Source: Frankiaceae bacterium (GTDB taxonomy: Bacteria > Actinomycetota > Actinomycetes > Mycobacteriales > SCTD01). From it: 64,000 nt of DNA. The position numbers were made by a program, and so were the translations under genes. The notes beneath the pieces were generated by a model. That model did not search any database and had not been told where the DNA came from. It worked only from the letters and a program-made list of their open reading frames with translations. Numbering within the stretch: the stretch's first letter is position 1; each line of letters opens with the position of its first letter. Positions 19,142-26,855 of the stretch are shown here, piece by piece. The stretch covers positions 25,313 through 89,312 of the forward strand of contig CANKBT010000001.1 of NCBI GenBank assembly GCA_947479995.1, read 5' to 3'.

Positions 19142-19181
19142 CGCGTGTGACGCCAACCGGCGTCACGGTAACAGGCGTCGT
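19132..19181. promoter_or_regulatory. Phased pentamer operator, copy 3 (GTGAC-N10-GTGAC-N10-GTCAC-N10-GTCGT)
   Basis: The core is GTGACGCCAACCGGCGTCAC at 19147-19166 (perfect 8-bp arms). It overlaps the 5' end of the MMPL gene. Confidence 0.55.
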
Positions 19182-19223
19182 GCAGGCTGTGCGCTCCCCC
19201 GAGGTGAGGTCGGCGGCTCGAGG

Positions 19224-19637
19224 TCAGCCGGCCAGCGCCCGGACCTCGGCCCGGTGCGCCAGCCCGGCAAGGAAGAGGTCCGCGGCGGGACGCAGCCGGG
19301 GCTCGAGGTCGTCGGGGCAGGACAGCTGCAGGCGCAGGCGCGTCCCCGACCGTCCCTGAGGCGACACGCGGAGCACGGCGCTGCCCGGGGTCGCCCCGGG
19401 CAGCGCCGTCCAGCGCGCCACCGCCTCGTAGGAGGTGCGCAGCCGGCGCGGCGGTCCGACGGGCAGCAGCGCCGAGCCGCCGTCGAGGCCGGCTGCCCCG
19501 GGCCACAGGTCGAGGACGTCGGAGCAGGCCAGGAGCAGGGCGACGGAGGCCGGAGCGGCCTGCACGTGCCGCTCCGCGCTCACGACGACCTCCGGCCGGC
19601 GGGCGACGCGCGCAGGACCGCTGGTCGGCCGGCTCAC
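19224..19637 (-). CDS. Hypothetical protein, possibly SRPBCC/START-like
   Basis: The GTG at 19637 overlaps the plsC-like stop (GTGA). The N-terminus VVVSAERHVQAAPASVALLLACSDVLDLWPG resembles SRPBCC openings. The family call is weak. Confidence 0.4.
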   Translation of the reverse strand: MSRPTSGPARVARRPEVVVSAERHVQAAPASVALLLACSDVLDLWPGAAGLDGGSALLPVGPPRRLRTSYEAVARWTALPGATPGSAVLRVSPQGRSGTRLRLQLSCPDDLEPRLRPAADLFLAGLAHRAEVRALAG

Positions 19638-20374
19638 GCGCGCCCCTCCACCTGGAGGCCCCGAGCGTCGGTGTCGGTGTACTCCTGCTCCGACAGCTGC
19701 TGGATGAGCGACATGAGCTCGTCCGTGCGCTGCCGCAAGACCGTGCCCTCCGGCGCGCCGTCCTGCGCCGCGACCGGCCAGGTCAGCGGTGGGCCGAACC
19801 GGACGGCTATCCGGCGGCGGGACAGCCGGGGCAGGACACGGCCGGTGGGGGCGACGTCGAACAGCCCGATGGTCGCGCACGGGACGACCGGCGCCCCGCT
19901 GGCCATGGCCATCCGGACGACCCCTGTGCGACCGCGGTGCAGCCTGCCGTCCGGGGACCGCGTGCCCTCCGGGAAGACGCCCAGCAGGTGGCCCTCGTCG
20001 AGCAGCCGCAGTGCGGTGCGCAGGGCTGCCTCGCCGGCCCCGCCGCCCGAGCGGTCGACCGGTACCTGTCCGCAGGCGGTGAAGAAGTAGCGCCGCAGCC
20101 TGCCCCGGAGGCCGGCGCCGGTGAAGTACGAGCTCTTGGCCAGGAAGATGATCCGCCGTCGGCGGACCACCAGCGGCAGGACGAGCCAGTCGTAGAACGA
20201 GGTGTGGTTGGAGGCCAGGATCGCCGGTCCGGACGCCGGGACGTGGTGCAGGCCCTCGACCTTGGGCCGCAGCACGAGCACCAGCGGGATCGTCAGCACC
20301 AGCTTGGTGACCCAGTACAGGTAGCCGTTGCGCTGGACGGGCGCCTCTGCAGGGGCGGTCACGCGGCCGCCCAT
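19634..20374 (-). CDS. Lysophospholipid / 1-acylglycerol-3-phosphate acyltransferase (PlsC family)
   Basis: HX4D motif (NHTSFYD) and FPEGTRS. The start is ATG 20374 (MGGRVTAP...), which overlaps the upstream gene by 16 nt. Confidence 0.8.
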   Translation of the reverse strand: MGGRVTAPAEAPVQRNGYLYWVTKLVLTIPLVLVLRPKVEGLHHVPASGPAILASNHTSFYDWLVLPLVVRRRRIIFLAKSSYFTGAGLRGRLRRYFFTACGQVPVDRSGGGAGEAALRTALRLLDEGHLLGVFPEGTRSPDGRLHRGRTGVVRMAMASGAPVVPCATIGLFDVAPTGRVLPRLSRRRIAVRFGPPLTWPVAAQDGAPEGTVLRQRTDELMSLIQQLSEQEYTDTDARGLQVEGRA

Positions 20375-21405
20375 CGCCACGGAGTGCCGCTGCGGCGCAC
20401 CGAGCCCCGGGACTCCAGCAGCAGCAGGTGCGCGAGCGTCTCCGCCACCGCGGCCCGCCGCATGAAGCCCGACACCTGGTCCCACGGCCGCGACCAGCTC
20501 AGCGCGGCCGTCAGCTCCCACGTCGTACGGCCCAGCGCGGCCGCCCGGACCTCGTCCAGCCGGTGCTCGTGGTGGCCGAGCAGCTGCTCGACGCGGGCCG
20601 CGATGCCGGCGAAGCGGTACTCGTGCGCGGGCAGCACCTCGTCGACGTGGGGGTCGAGCGCGCCTACCCGGGCCAGGGACTCGACGAACTCCGCCAGCGG
20701 GTTGCCGGCGGACTGCGCGTGCACACCGACGTTCGGGGTGATGCGCGGCAGCACGTGGTCACCGGACAGCAGCACGCGCCGGCCGGGGTCGTGGAAGCAC
20801 AGGTGGCCGGGGGAGTGGCCGGGGGTGTGCACCGCCCGCAGGTCCCAGCCGGGCAGCGGCAGCCGGTCGCCGTCCTCGATCATCCGGTCGGGCAGCACCT
20901 GCCGGACGTAGTCGATGAGCGGCAGCGAGGCGTCGGCGAGCACGCCCAGCTCCTGCTCCGGGACCGCGCAGGTGCGCAGCAGGTCGTGCATCTCGCGCAG
21001 CAGGTCCGGGACGCCCGCGCCGTAGCGGGCCGGCAGCAGGGCGGCGTCGTCCGGGTGCAGGCCGACCCACGCGCCCGACGCCTCCCGGACCTTGCCCGCC
21101 AGGCCGTAGTGGTCCGGGTGGATGTGCGTCACGAGCACCGCGCGCACGTCGGAGACGCTGCCGCCTGCGGCCGCCAGTCCTTCGGTGAGGGCCGTCCACG
21201 CCTCCTCGGTGTCCCAGCCGGCGTCGACCAGCGCCACGCCGTCGTCGAGCTCGAGGACGTAGACGAGCACGTACCGCAGCGGGTTGTTCGGGATCGGCAC
21301 CGGGATCGACCACAGGCCGTCCTGCACCTTCTCGACCGGCGGCAGGACGCGGTCGGCCCACGCCTGCTGCTGCAGCAGGCCGGTCACCCGGAAGGGCTGG
21401 GTCAC
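20359..21405 (-). CDS. MBL-fold metallo-hydrolase
   Basis: THIHPDHYG (HxHxDH) plus downstream HTPGHSPGH. The GTG at 21405 overlaps the ACAD stop (GTGA). The upstream 376 codons of track ORF 20359..22533 are off-frame junk lying over the ACAD gene. Confidence 0.8.
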   Translation of the reverse strand: MTQPFRVTGLLQQQAWADRVLPPVEKVQDGLWSIPVPIPNNPLRYVLVYVLELDDGVALVDAGWDTEEAWTALTEGLAAAGGSVSDVRAVLVTHIHPDHYGLAGKVREASGAWVGLHPDDAALLPARYGAGVPDLLREMHDLLRTCAVPEQELGVLADASLPLIDYVRQVLPDRMIEDGDRLPLPGWDLRAVHTPGHSPGHLCFHDPGRRVLLSGDHVLPRITPNVGVHAQSAGNPLAEFVESLARVGALDPHVDEVLPAHEYRFAGIAARVEQLLGHHEHRLDEVRAAALGRTTWELTAALSWSRPWDQVSGFMRRAAVAETLAHLLLLESRGSVRRSGTPWRWAAA

Positions 21406-22556
21406 AGGCCCATGCGCTTGCTGATGATCTCGTTCATGATCTCGTTGGTGCCGCCGCCGATGCCCAGGATGCGGGCGTCCCGGTAGTGCCGCTCGACCTC
21501 GGACTCGCGCATGTAGCCCATGCCGCCGAAGATCTGCACCGCCTCGTTCGTGACGTGGTCGCAGGCGTAGACGGCGGTGTTCTTGGCCATCGACACCTCC
21601 GTCACGACGTCCTCGCCGGCCAGGTAGCGGACCATGACGGCCCGCGTGTACGTGCGGGCGACGTCGACCTGGCGCGCCATCTCGGCCAGCTTGTGCCGGA
21701 TGACCTGGCGGGACGCCAGCGGCCGGCCGAAGGTCTCCCGGTCCCGGGCCCACGCCGTCGCGAGGTCCAGGCACCGGGCGGCAGTGGCGTACGCCTGCAC
21801 CGCCAGGCCCAGGCGCTCGCTCTGGAAGTTCTGCATGATCTGCAGGAACCCGGTGTTCTCCGCGCCGACCAGGTTCGCGGCGGGCACGCGGACGTCGTGG
21901 AAGGACAGCTCGGCGGTGTCGCTGCACCGCCAGCCCATCTTGTCCAGCCTGCGCGACACCTCGAAGCCGGGCGTGCCCTTGTCGATGACCAGCAGCGAGA
22001 CGCCGCCGTAGCCGGCGTCCCCGGTGCGGACGGCAGTCGTCACGAAGTCGGCCCGCACCCCGCTGGTGATGTAGGTCTTGGCGCCGTTGACGACGTAGCT
22101 GGCGCCGTCGCGCACGGCGCGGGTGCGCAGGTTGGCGACGTCGGAGCCCGCACCCGGCTCGGTCACGCCCAGCGAGCCGATCAGCTCGCCTGCCAGGGTG
22201 GGTCGTACGTAGCGGTCGACGAGCTCGGCCGAGCCGTTCGTGGCGATGTGCGGCACGGCGATGCCGTGGGTGAAAAGCGACGCGCACACCCCGGTCGACC
22301 CGCCGCCGAGCAGGATCTCCTCGGTGACGATGGCCGAGTCGAGCGCGTCGCCACCGCTGCCCCCGACCTCCTCCGGGAAGCCGACGCCGAGCAGGCCGAC
22401 CTCCGCGGCCCGCCGGTGCAGCTCCCGCGGCAGCTCGCCCTCCTGCTCCCATGCGGGCATCGACGGGGCGATCTCCTTCGCGACGAAGTCGCGGGCCAGC
22501 TGCCGCAGTGCCTGCCGCTCCGGCGTCGTCCACGGGTCGGCGGTGAGGGCCTCCAC
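21402..22556 (-). CDS. Acyl-CoA dehydrogenase
   Basis: VTEPGAGSDVANLRTRAVRDG...YITSG and IFGGMGYMRESEVERHYRDARILGIGGGTNEIM. The GTG start at 22556 is 5 nt after the FadD stop. Confidence 0.85.
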   Translation of the reverse strand: MEALTADPWTTPERQALRQLARDFVAKEIAPSMPAWEQEGELPRELHRRAAEVGLLGVGFPEEVGGSGGDALDSAIVTEEILLGGGSTGVCASLFTHGIAVPHIATNGSAELVDRYVRPTLAGELIGSLGVTEPGAGSDVANLRTRAVRDGASYVVNGAKTYITSGVRADFVTTAVRTGDAGYGGVSLLVIDKGTPGFEVSRRLDKMGWRCSDTAELSFHDVRVPAANLVGAENTGFLQIMQNFQSERLGLAVQAYATAARCLDLATAWARDRETFGRPLASRQVIRHKLAEMARQVDVARTYTRAVMVRYLAGEDVVTEVSMAKNTAVYACDHVTNEAVQIFGGMGYMRESEVERHYRDARILGIGGGTNEIMNEIISKRMGL

Positions 22557-22561
22557 GGGGA

Positions 22562-24328
22562 TCAACCGCTGACGGGCGCGGACGCCGGCTCGGCGGCGCG
22601 GTCGGGGGCCTGCTGGGCGAGCCGGTCGCGCAGCTCGCGCTTGAGCACCTTCCCGGCGGCGGACACCGGGATGCTGTCGACGAACTCCATGCGGCGCACC
22701 CGCTTGTAGGGGGTCACGCGCTCGCCGACGTGCGCCATGAGCTCCTCGGCGGTGGCCTGCGCACCGGGCGCCAGCACCACGAAGGCGACGGGCAGCTCGC
22801 CGACGGCCGGGTCGGGCTGGCCGACCACGGCGCAGCTGGACACCGCCGGATGGGCGAACAGGATCTCCTCGAGCTCGCGCGGGTACACGTTGTAGCCCTT
22901 GTAGAGCAGCATGTCCTTCTTGCGGTCGACGATCGACAGGTAGCCGTCCTGGTCCAGGACGCCGACGTCGCCCGTGCGCAGCCAGCCGTCGACGAGCACC
23001 TCCGCGGTGGCGTCGGGCCGGCCGTGGTAGCCGCGCATCACCTGCGGGCCGCGCAGGCACACCTCGCCCGGCTCCCCGGCGGGCAGCTCGCGCAGCGCGG
23101 CCTCGTCGGGCGCCACGACCATCACCTCGGTGTCGGGGACGGGCAGGCCGACGCTGCCGACCTTGCGGACCTGGGAGCGACCGGACGGGTTGCTGACCGC
23201 GCCCATCGTCACCTCGGTCAGCCCGTAGCCCTCACCGACGACGGCGTCCGGGAACACCTGCGCCAGCTGCTCGATGAGCTCGACGGCCAGCGGCGCCGCC
23301 CCGGACGCGAGCGAGCGGACGCTGTCCAGGTCGCGCCCGCGCAACCCCGGGACCTGCAGCAGGGCGTGGAAGACGGGCGGGGCGCCGCCGATGGTCGTGA
23401 CGCGGTAGCGCTCGGCGTCGGCGACGTACGCGACCGGGTCGAACCGCTGGTGGATCACCGTCGTGGAGCCGGTCAGCACGGGGAGGTTCAGGTACCCGAC
23501 CGTGCCCATCGCGTGGAACCACGGGGTCAGGTTGACGGCGATGCCGGTGCCCAGGCGCACCGGGAAGTCGTCGGCCAGCTCCTCGAGCTGGCGCAGCGTG
23601 AGGTCGCCCTCGTCGTCCAGCGCCGGGACCGAGCCGGTGCCCCAGCAGGCGAACTGCAGGGTGTTGACCACGACGTTGCGGTGCGGCAGCTCGACGCCCT
23701 TCGAGCGCCCGGTGGTTCCGCCGGTGTAGGCCAGGTGGGCCAGGCGCTCGGCGGGGCCGACCTCGACCCGCGGGTCGTCGGCGGACGCCTGGGAGGTGGC
23801 CGCGAGCAGGTCCTCCCACCCGCCCGGCAGGCCCGACAGGTCGACCCGCGCGGCGGCGTCGGCCTCCTGCGCGGCGTCGGTCACCAGCACGGTCCGGACC
23901 GCGGTGCGCTCGAGCACGGAGGCGAGCAGCGGCGCCACCGGGCCGTAGGTGACGACGGCGGCCGCCGAGCAGTCGGCGAGCTGGTGCGCCAGGTCGTCCG
24001 GCGGGAGCAGCGGGTTGGTGGGCGAGAAGGTCGCGCCGGCCATCAGCACCCCGTAGTAGACCGCCGGGTACTGCAGGCAGTTGGGCAGGTGCACAGCCAC
24101 CACGTCGCCAGGAGCGATCCCCCGTGCGGCGAGCGCGTTGGCGGTGCGGCAGGCGTCGGCCAGCACCTCGGCGAAGGTCAGGCTGCGCCCGCCCTGGACG
24201 AAGGCCGTCCGCTCGCCGTAGCGCCGGGCCGCGGCACGCAGGACGGACGGCACAGGAACAGCCGGGTAGTCCAGCGAGCGTGGGATGCCTGCGGGCCAGG
24301 CGGTGGACGTTGCGGACGACGACGGCAT
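22562..24328 (-). CDS. Acyl-CoA synthetase (AMP-forming)
   Basis: AMP-binding motifs YTGGTTGRSKG, GYGLTE and TGDVGVLDQDGYLSIVDRKKDML. The start is ATG 24328 (MPSSSATSTAWPAGIPRSLDYP). Confidence 0.85.
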   Translation of the reverse strand: MPSSSATSTAWPAGIPRSLDYPAVPVPSVLRAAARRYGERTAFVQGGRSLTFAEVLADACRTANALAARGIAPGDVVAVHLPNCLQYPAVYYGVLMAGATFSPTNPLLPPDDLAHQLADCSAAAVVTYGPVAPLLASVLERTAVRTVLVTDAAQEADAAARVDLSGLPGGWEDLLAATSQASADDPRVEVGPAERLAHLAYTGGTTGRSKGVELPHRNVVVNTLQFACWGTGSVPALDDEGDLTLRQLEELADDFPVRLGTGIAVNLTPWFHAMGTVGYLNLPVLTGSTTVIHQRFDPVAYVADAERYRVTTIGGAPPVFHALLQVPGLRGRDLDSVRSLASGAAPLAVELIEQLAQVFPDAVVGEGYGLTEVTMGAVSNPSGRSQVRKVGSVGLPVPDTEVMVVAPDEAALRELPAGEPGEVCLRGPQVMRGYHGRPDATAEVLVDGWLRTGDVGVLDQDGYLSIVDRKKDMLLYKGYNVYPRELEEILFAHPAVSSCAVVGQPDPAVGELPVAFVVLAPGAQATAEELMAHVGERVTPYKRVRRMEFVDSIPVSAAGKVLKRELRDRLAQQAPDRAAEPASAPVSG

Positions 24329-24488
24329 GACGGCTCCGGTGGTGAGGCAGGTCGCGACCCAACCACGGCCGCCGCCCGACGCGCAACGAACATGCCGTCT
24401 TGACTGTTTGTACGGCACGGGGCAGGCTGCGCGGACGTCCCGGCCCCCGCTGGGCAGCCCGCCATGTCCATCTGTTCGAGGGGATCCC

Positions 24489-25634
24489 GTGCGCAAGACG
24501 CTCTACGAGCCCGAGCACGAGGCCTTCCGCGCCTCCGTGCGCTCCTTCGTCGAGAAGGAGGTGGTGCCGCACCACGCCGAGTGGGAGAAGGCAGGCCTGG
24601 TCGACCGCTCGCTGTGGACGGAGGCCGGCAAGCAGGGCTTCCTCGGCATGGACGTCCCCGAGCAGTACGGCGGCGGCGGGGTCAAGGACTTCCGCTACAA
24701 CGCGGTCCTGGACGAGGAGATCGTCCGCGTCGGTGCCAGCGGCGTCGGCTGGGGCCTGCACAACGACGTCGTCGCGCCGTACCTGCTGGAGTTGGCCACC
24801 GAGGAGCAGAAGTCCCGCTGGCTGCCCGGCTTCTGCAGCGGCGAGATCATCACGGCCATCGCGATGACCGAGCCCGCTGCCGGCTCGGACCTGCAGGGCA
24901 TCCGCACCACCGCGCGGCGCGACGGCGACGACTGGGTCCTGAACGGATCCAAGACGTTCATCACCAACGGCATCCACGCCGACCTCGTGATCGTCGTCGC
25001 GCGGACCAACCCCGACGCCAAGGCCAGCGCCGGCACCACGCTGCTGGTCGTCGAGCGCGGCATGAAGGGCTTCGAGCGCGGCCGCAACCTGGAGAAGGTC
25101 GGCCTCAAGGCGCAGGACACCGCCGAGCTGTTCTTCGACGACGTCCGCGTCCCGGCGCAGAACGTCCTCGGCCAGGTCGACGCCGGCTTCCTGCACCTGA
25201 TGCAGATGCTGCCGCAGGAGCGGCTGTCCATCGCCGTCGTCGCGGTGGCCGCGAGCCGGTTCGTCTTCGACACCACGCTGGAGTACTGCCAGAGCCGGCA
25301 GGCCTTCGGCCGCCCGATCGGCGCGTTCCAGCACAACCGGTTCGTGCTGGCCGAGATGGCCACCGAGATCGAGATCGCCGAGACCTACCTGGAGAAGGCG
25401 GTCCTCGAGCACAACGAGGGCCGCTTCACCGTGCAGGACGCCGCCATGAGCAAGTGGTGGACCACCGAGCTGCAGAAGCGAGTCGTCGACTCGTGCGTGC
25501 AGCTGCACGGCGGGTACGGCTACATGCTCGAGTACCCGGTCGCGAAGGCGTACCTCGACTCGCGCATCCAGACCATCTACGGCGGGACGACCGAGATCAT
25601 GAAGGAGATCATCGGTCGCTCCCTCGGCGTCTGA
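24489..25634 (+). CDS. Acyl-CoA dehydrogenase (FadE-type)
   Basis: MTEPAAGSDLQGIRTTARRDGDDWVLNGSKTFITNG and LHGGYGYMLEYPVAKAYLDSRIQTIYGGTTEIM. The start is GTG 24489, behind GAGGGG. Confidence 0.85.
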   Translation: MRKTLYEPEHEAFRASVRSFVEKEVVPHHAEWEKAGLVDRSLWTEAGKQGFLGMDVPEQYGGGGVKDFRYNAVLDEEIVRVGASGVGWGLHNDVVAPYLLELATEEQKSRWLPGFCSGEIITAIAMTEPAAGSDLQGIRTTARRDGDDWVLNGSKTFITNGIHADLVIVVARTNPDAKASAGTTLLVVERGMKGFERGRNLEKVGLKAQDTAELFFDDVRVPAQNVLGQVDAGFLHLMQMLPQERLSIAVVAVAASRFVFDTTLEYCQSRQAFGRPIGAFQHNRFVLAEMATEIEIAETYLEKAVLEHNEGRFTVQDAAMSKWWTTELQKRVVDSCVQLHGGYGYMLEYPVAKAYLDSRIQTIYGGTTEIMKEIIGRSLGV

Positions 25635-25643
25635 GGGGACGAC

Positions 25644-26855
25644 ATGGGCGAGGCGTTCCTGTACGACGCGATCCGCACCCCGCGCGGCAAGGGCAAGCGC
25701 CGCGGTGGCCTGCACTCGGTCAAGCCGGTGTCCCTGGTCGTCGGCCTGGTCGACGAGCTGCGCCGCCGGCACCCCGACCTCGACCCAGCCGGCGTCGACG
25801 ACGTCGTGCTGGGGGTCGTGTCGCCGGTGGGGGAGCAGGGAGCCGACATCGCCAAGACGGCCGCCCTGGCGGCGGGCCTGCCCGACACGGTCGCCGGCGT
25901 GCAGCTCAACCGCTTCTGCGCCAGCGGCCTGGAGGCCGTGAACGTCGCCGCGCAGAAGGTGCGCAGCGGCTGGGAGGACCTCGTCCTGGCCGGCGGGGTC
26001 GAGTCCATGTCGCACGTCCCGATGGGCAGCGACGGCGGCGCCTGGGCGATGGACCCCGAGACGGCGTACGGCACCGGCTTCGTGCCGCAGGGCATCGGCG
26101 CCGACCTGATCGCCACGCTGGAGGGCTGGACGCGGGAGGACGTCGACGCCTACGCCGCCGAGTCGCAATCCCGTGCGGCCAAGGCCTGGGCCAACGGCTA
26201 CTTCGAGCGGTCGGTCGTCCCCGTCGTCGACCGCAACGGCACGGTGGTCCTCGACACCGACGAGCTGGTGCGCCCGAGCACCACCGTCGAGTCGCTGGGC
26301 GCACTCCAGCCGGCCTTCGCCGGCATCGGCGACCTGGGCGGCTTCGACGCCGTGGCGCTGCAGAAGTACCACTGGGTCGAGCGCATCGACCACGTGCACA
26401 CCGCCGGCAACTCCTCCGGCATCGTCGACGGCGCCGCGCTGGTCGTCGTCGGCTCCGAGGAGGCCGGCCGCCGGCACGGGCTGGCCCCCCGCGCGCGCGT
26501 GGTGGCGACCGCGCTGTCCGGCGCCGACCCGACGATCATGCTGACCGGGCCGGCGCCGGCGGCGCGCAAGGCGCTGGACAAGGCCGAGCTGACCGTCGAC
26601 GACATCGACCTGGTCGAGCTCAACGAGGCGTTCGCCGCGGTCGTGATGCGCTTCATGAAGGACACCGGCTTCGCGCACGAGCAGGTGAACGTCAACGGCG
26701 GGGCCATCGCGATGGGGCACCCGCTGGGAGCCACCGGGGCGATGGTCCTGGGCACCCTGGTCGACGAGCTCGAGCGGCGCGACCTGCGCTACGGGTTGGC
26801 GTCGCTGTGCGTGGGTGGCGGCATGGGCATCGCGACGATCGTGGAGCGGGTGTGA
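25644..26855 (+). CDS. fadA: Acetyl-CoA C-acyltransferase (thiolase)
   Basis: Active-site [28 protein letters not shown] and CVGGGMG. Confidence 0.9.
   Translation: MGEAFLYDAIRTPRGKGKRRGGLHSVKPVSLVVGLVDELRRRHPDLDPAGVDDVVLGVVSPVGEQGADIAKTAALAAGLPDTVAGVQLNRFCASGLEAVNVAAQKVRSGWEDLVLAGGVESMSHVPMGSDGGAWAMDPETAYGTGFVPQGIGADLIATLEGWTREDVDAYAAESQSRAAKAWANGYFERSVVPVVDRNGTVVLDTDELVRPSTTVESLGALQPAFAGIGDLGGFDAVALQKYHWVERIDHVHTAGNSSGIVDGAALVVVGSEEAGRRHGLAPRARVVATALSGADPTIMLTGPAPAARKALDKAELTVDDIDLVELNEAFAAVVMRFMKDTGFAHEQVNVNGGAIAMGHPLGATGAMVLGTLVDELERRDLRYGLASLCVGGGMGIATIVERV

Noticed and set aside
15578-19156. 1192-aa minus-strand ORF taken as one gene
   Set aside because: It is a composite. The MMPL N-terminal half is genuine. 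The next roughly 410 codons are Arg/Pro junk, because the real continuation is in the frame of ORF 16054..17298. The last 159 codons are a separate small gene that starts at GTG 16057.
20359-23060. Long N-terminal extensions of ORFs 20359..22533 (724 aa) and 21402..23060 (552 aa)
   Set aside because: The extensions are Arg/Pro/Gly-rich and overlap the upstream genes' true frames. Internal GTG starts that overlap the preceding stop codons give normal-length MBL (348 aa) and ACAD (384 aa) proteins.
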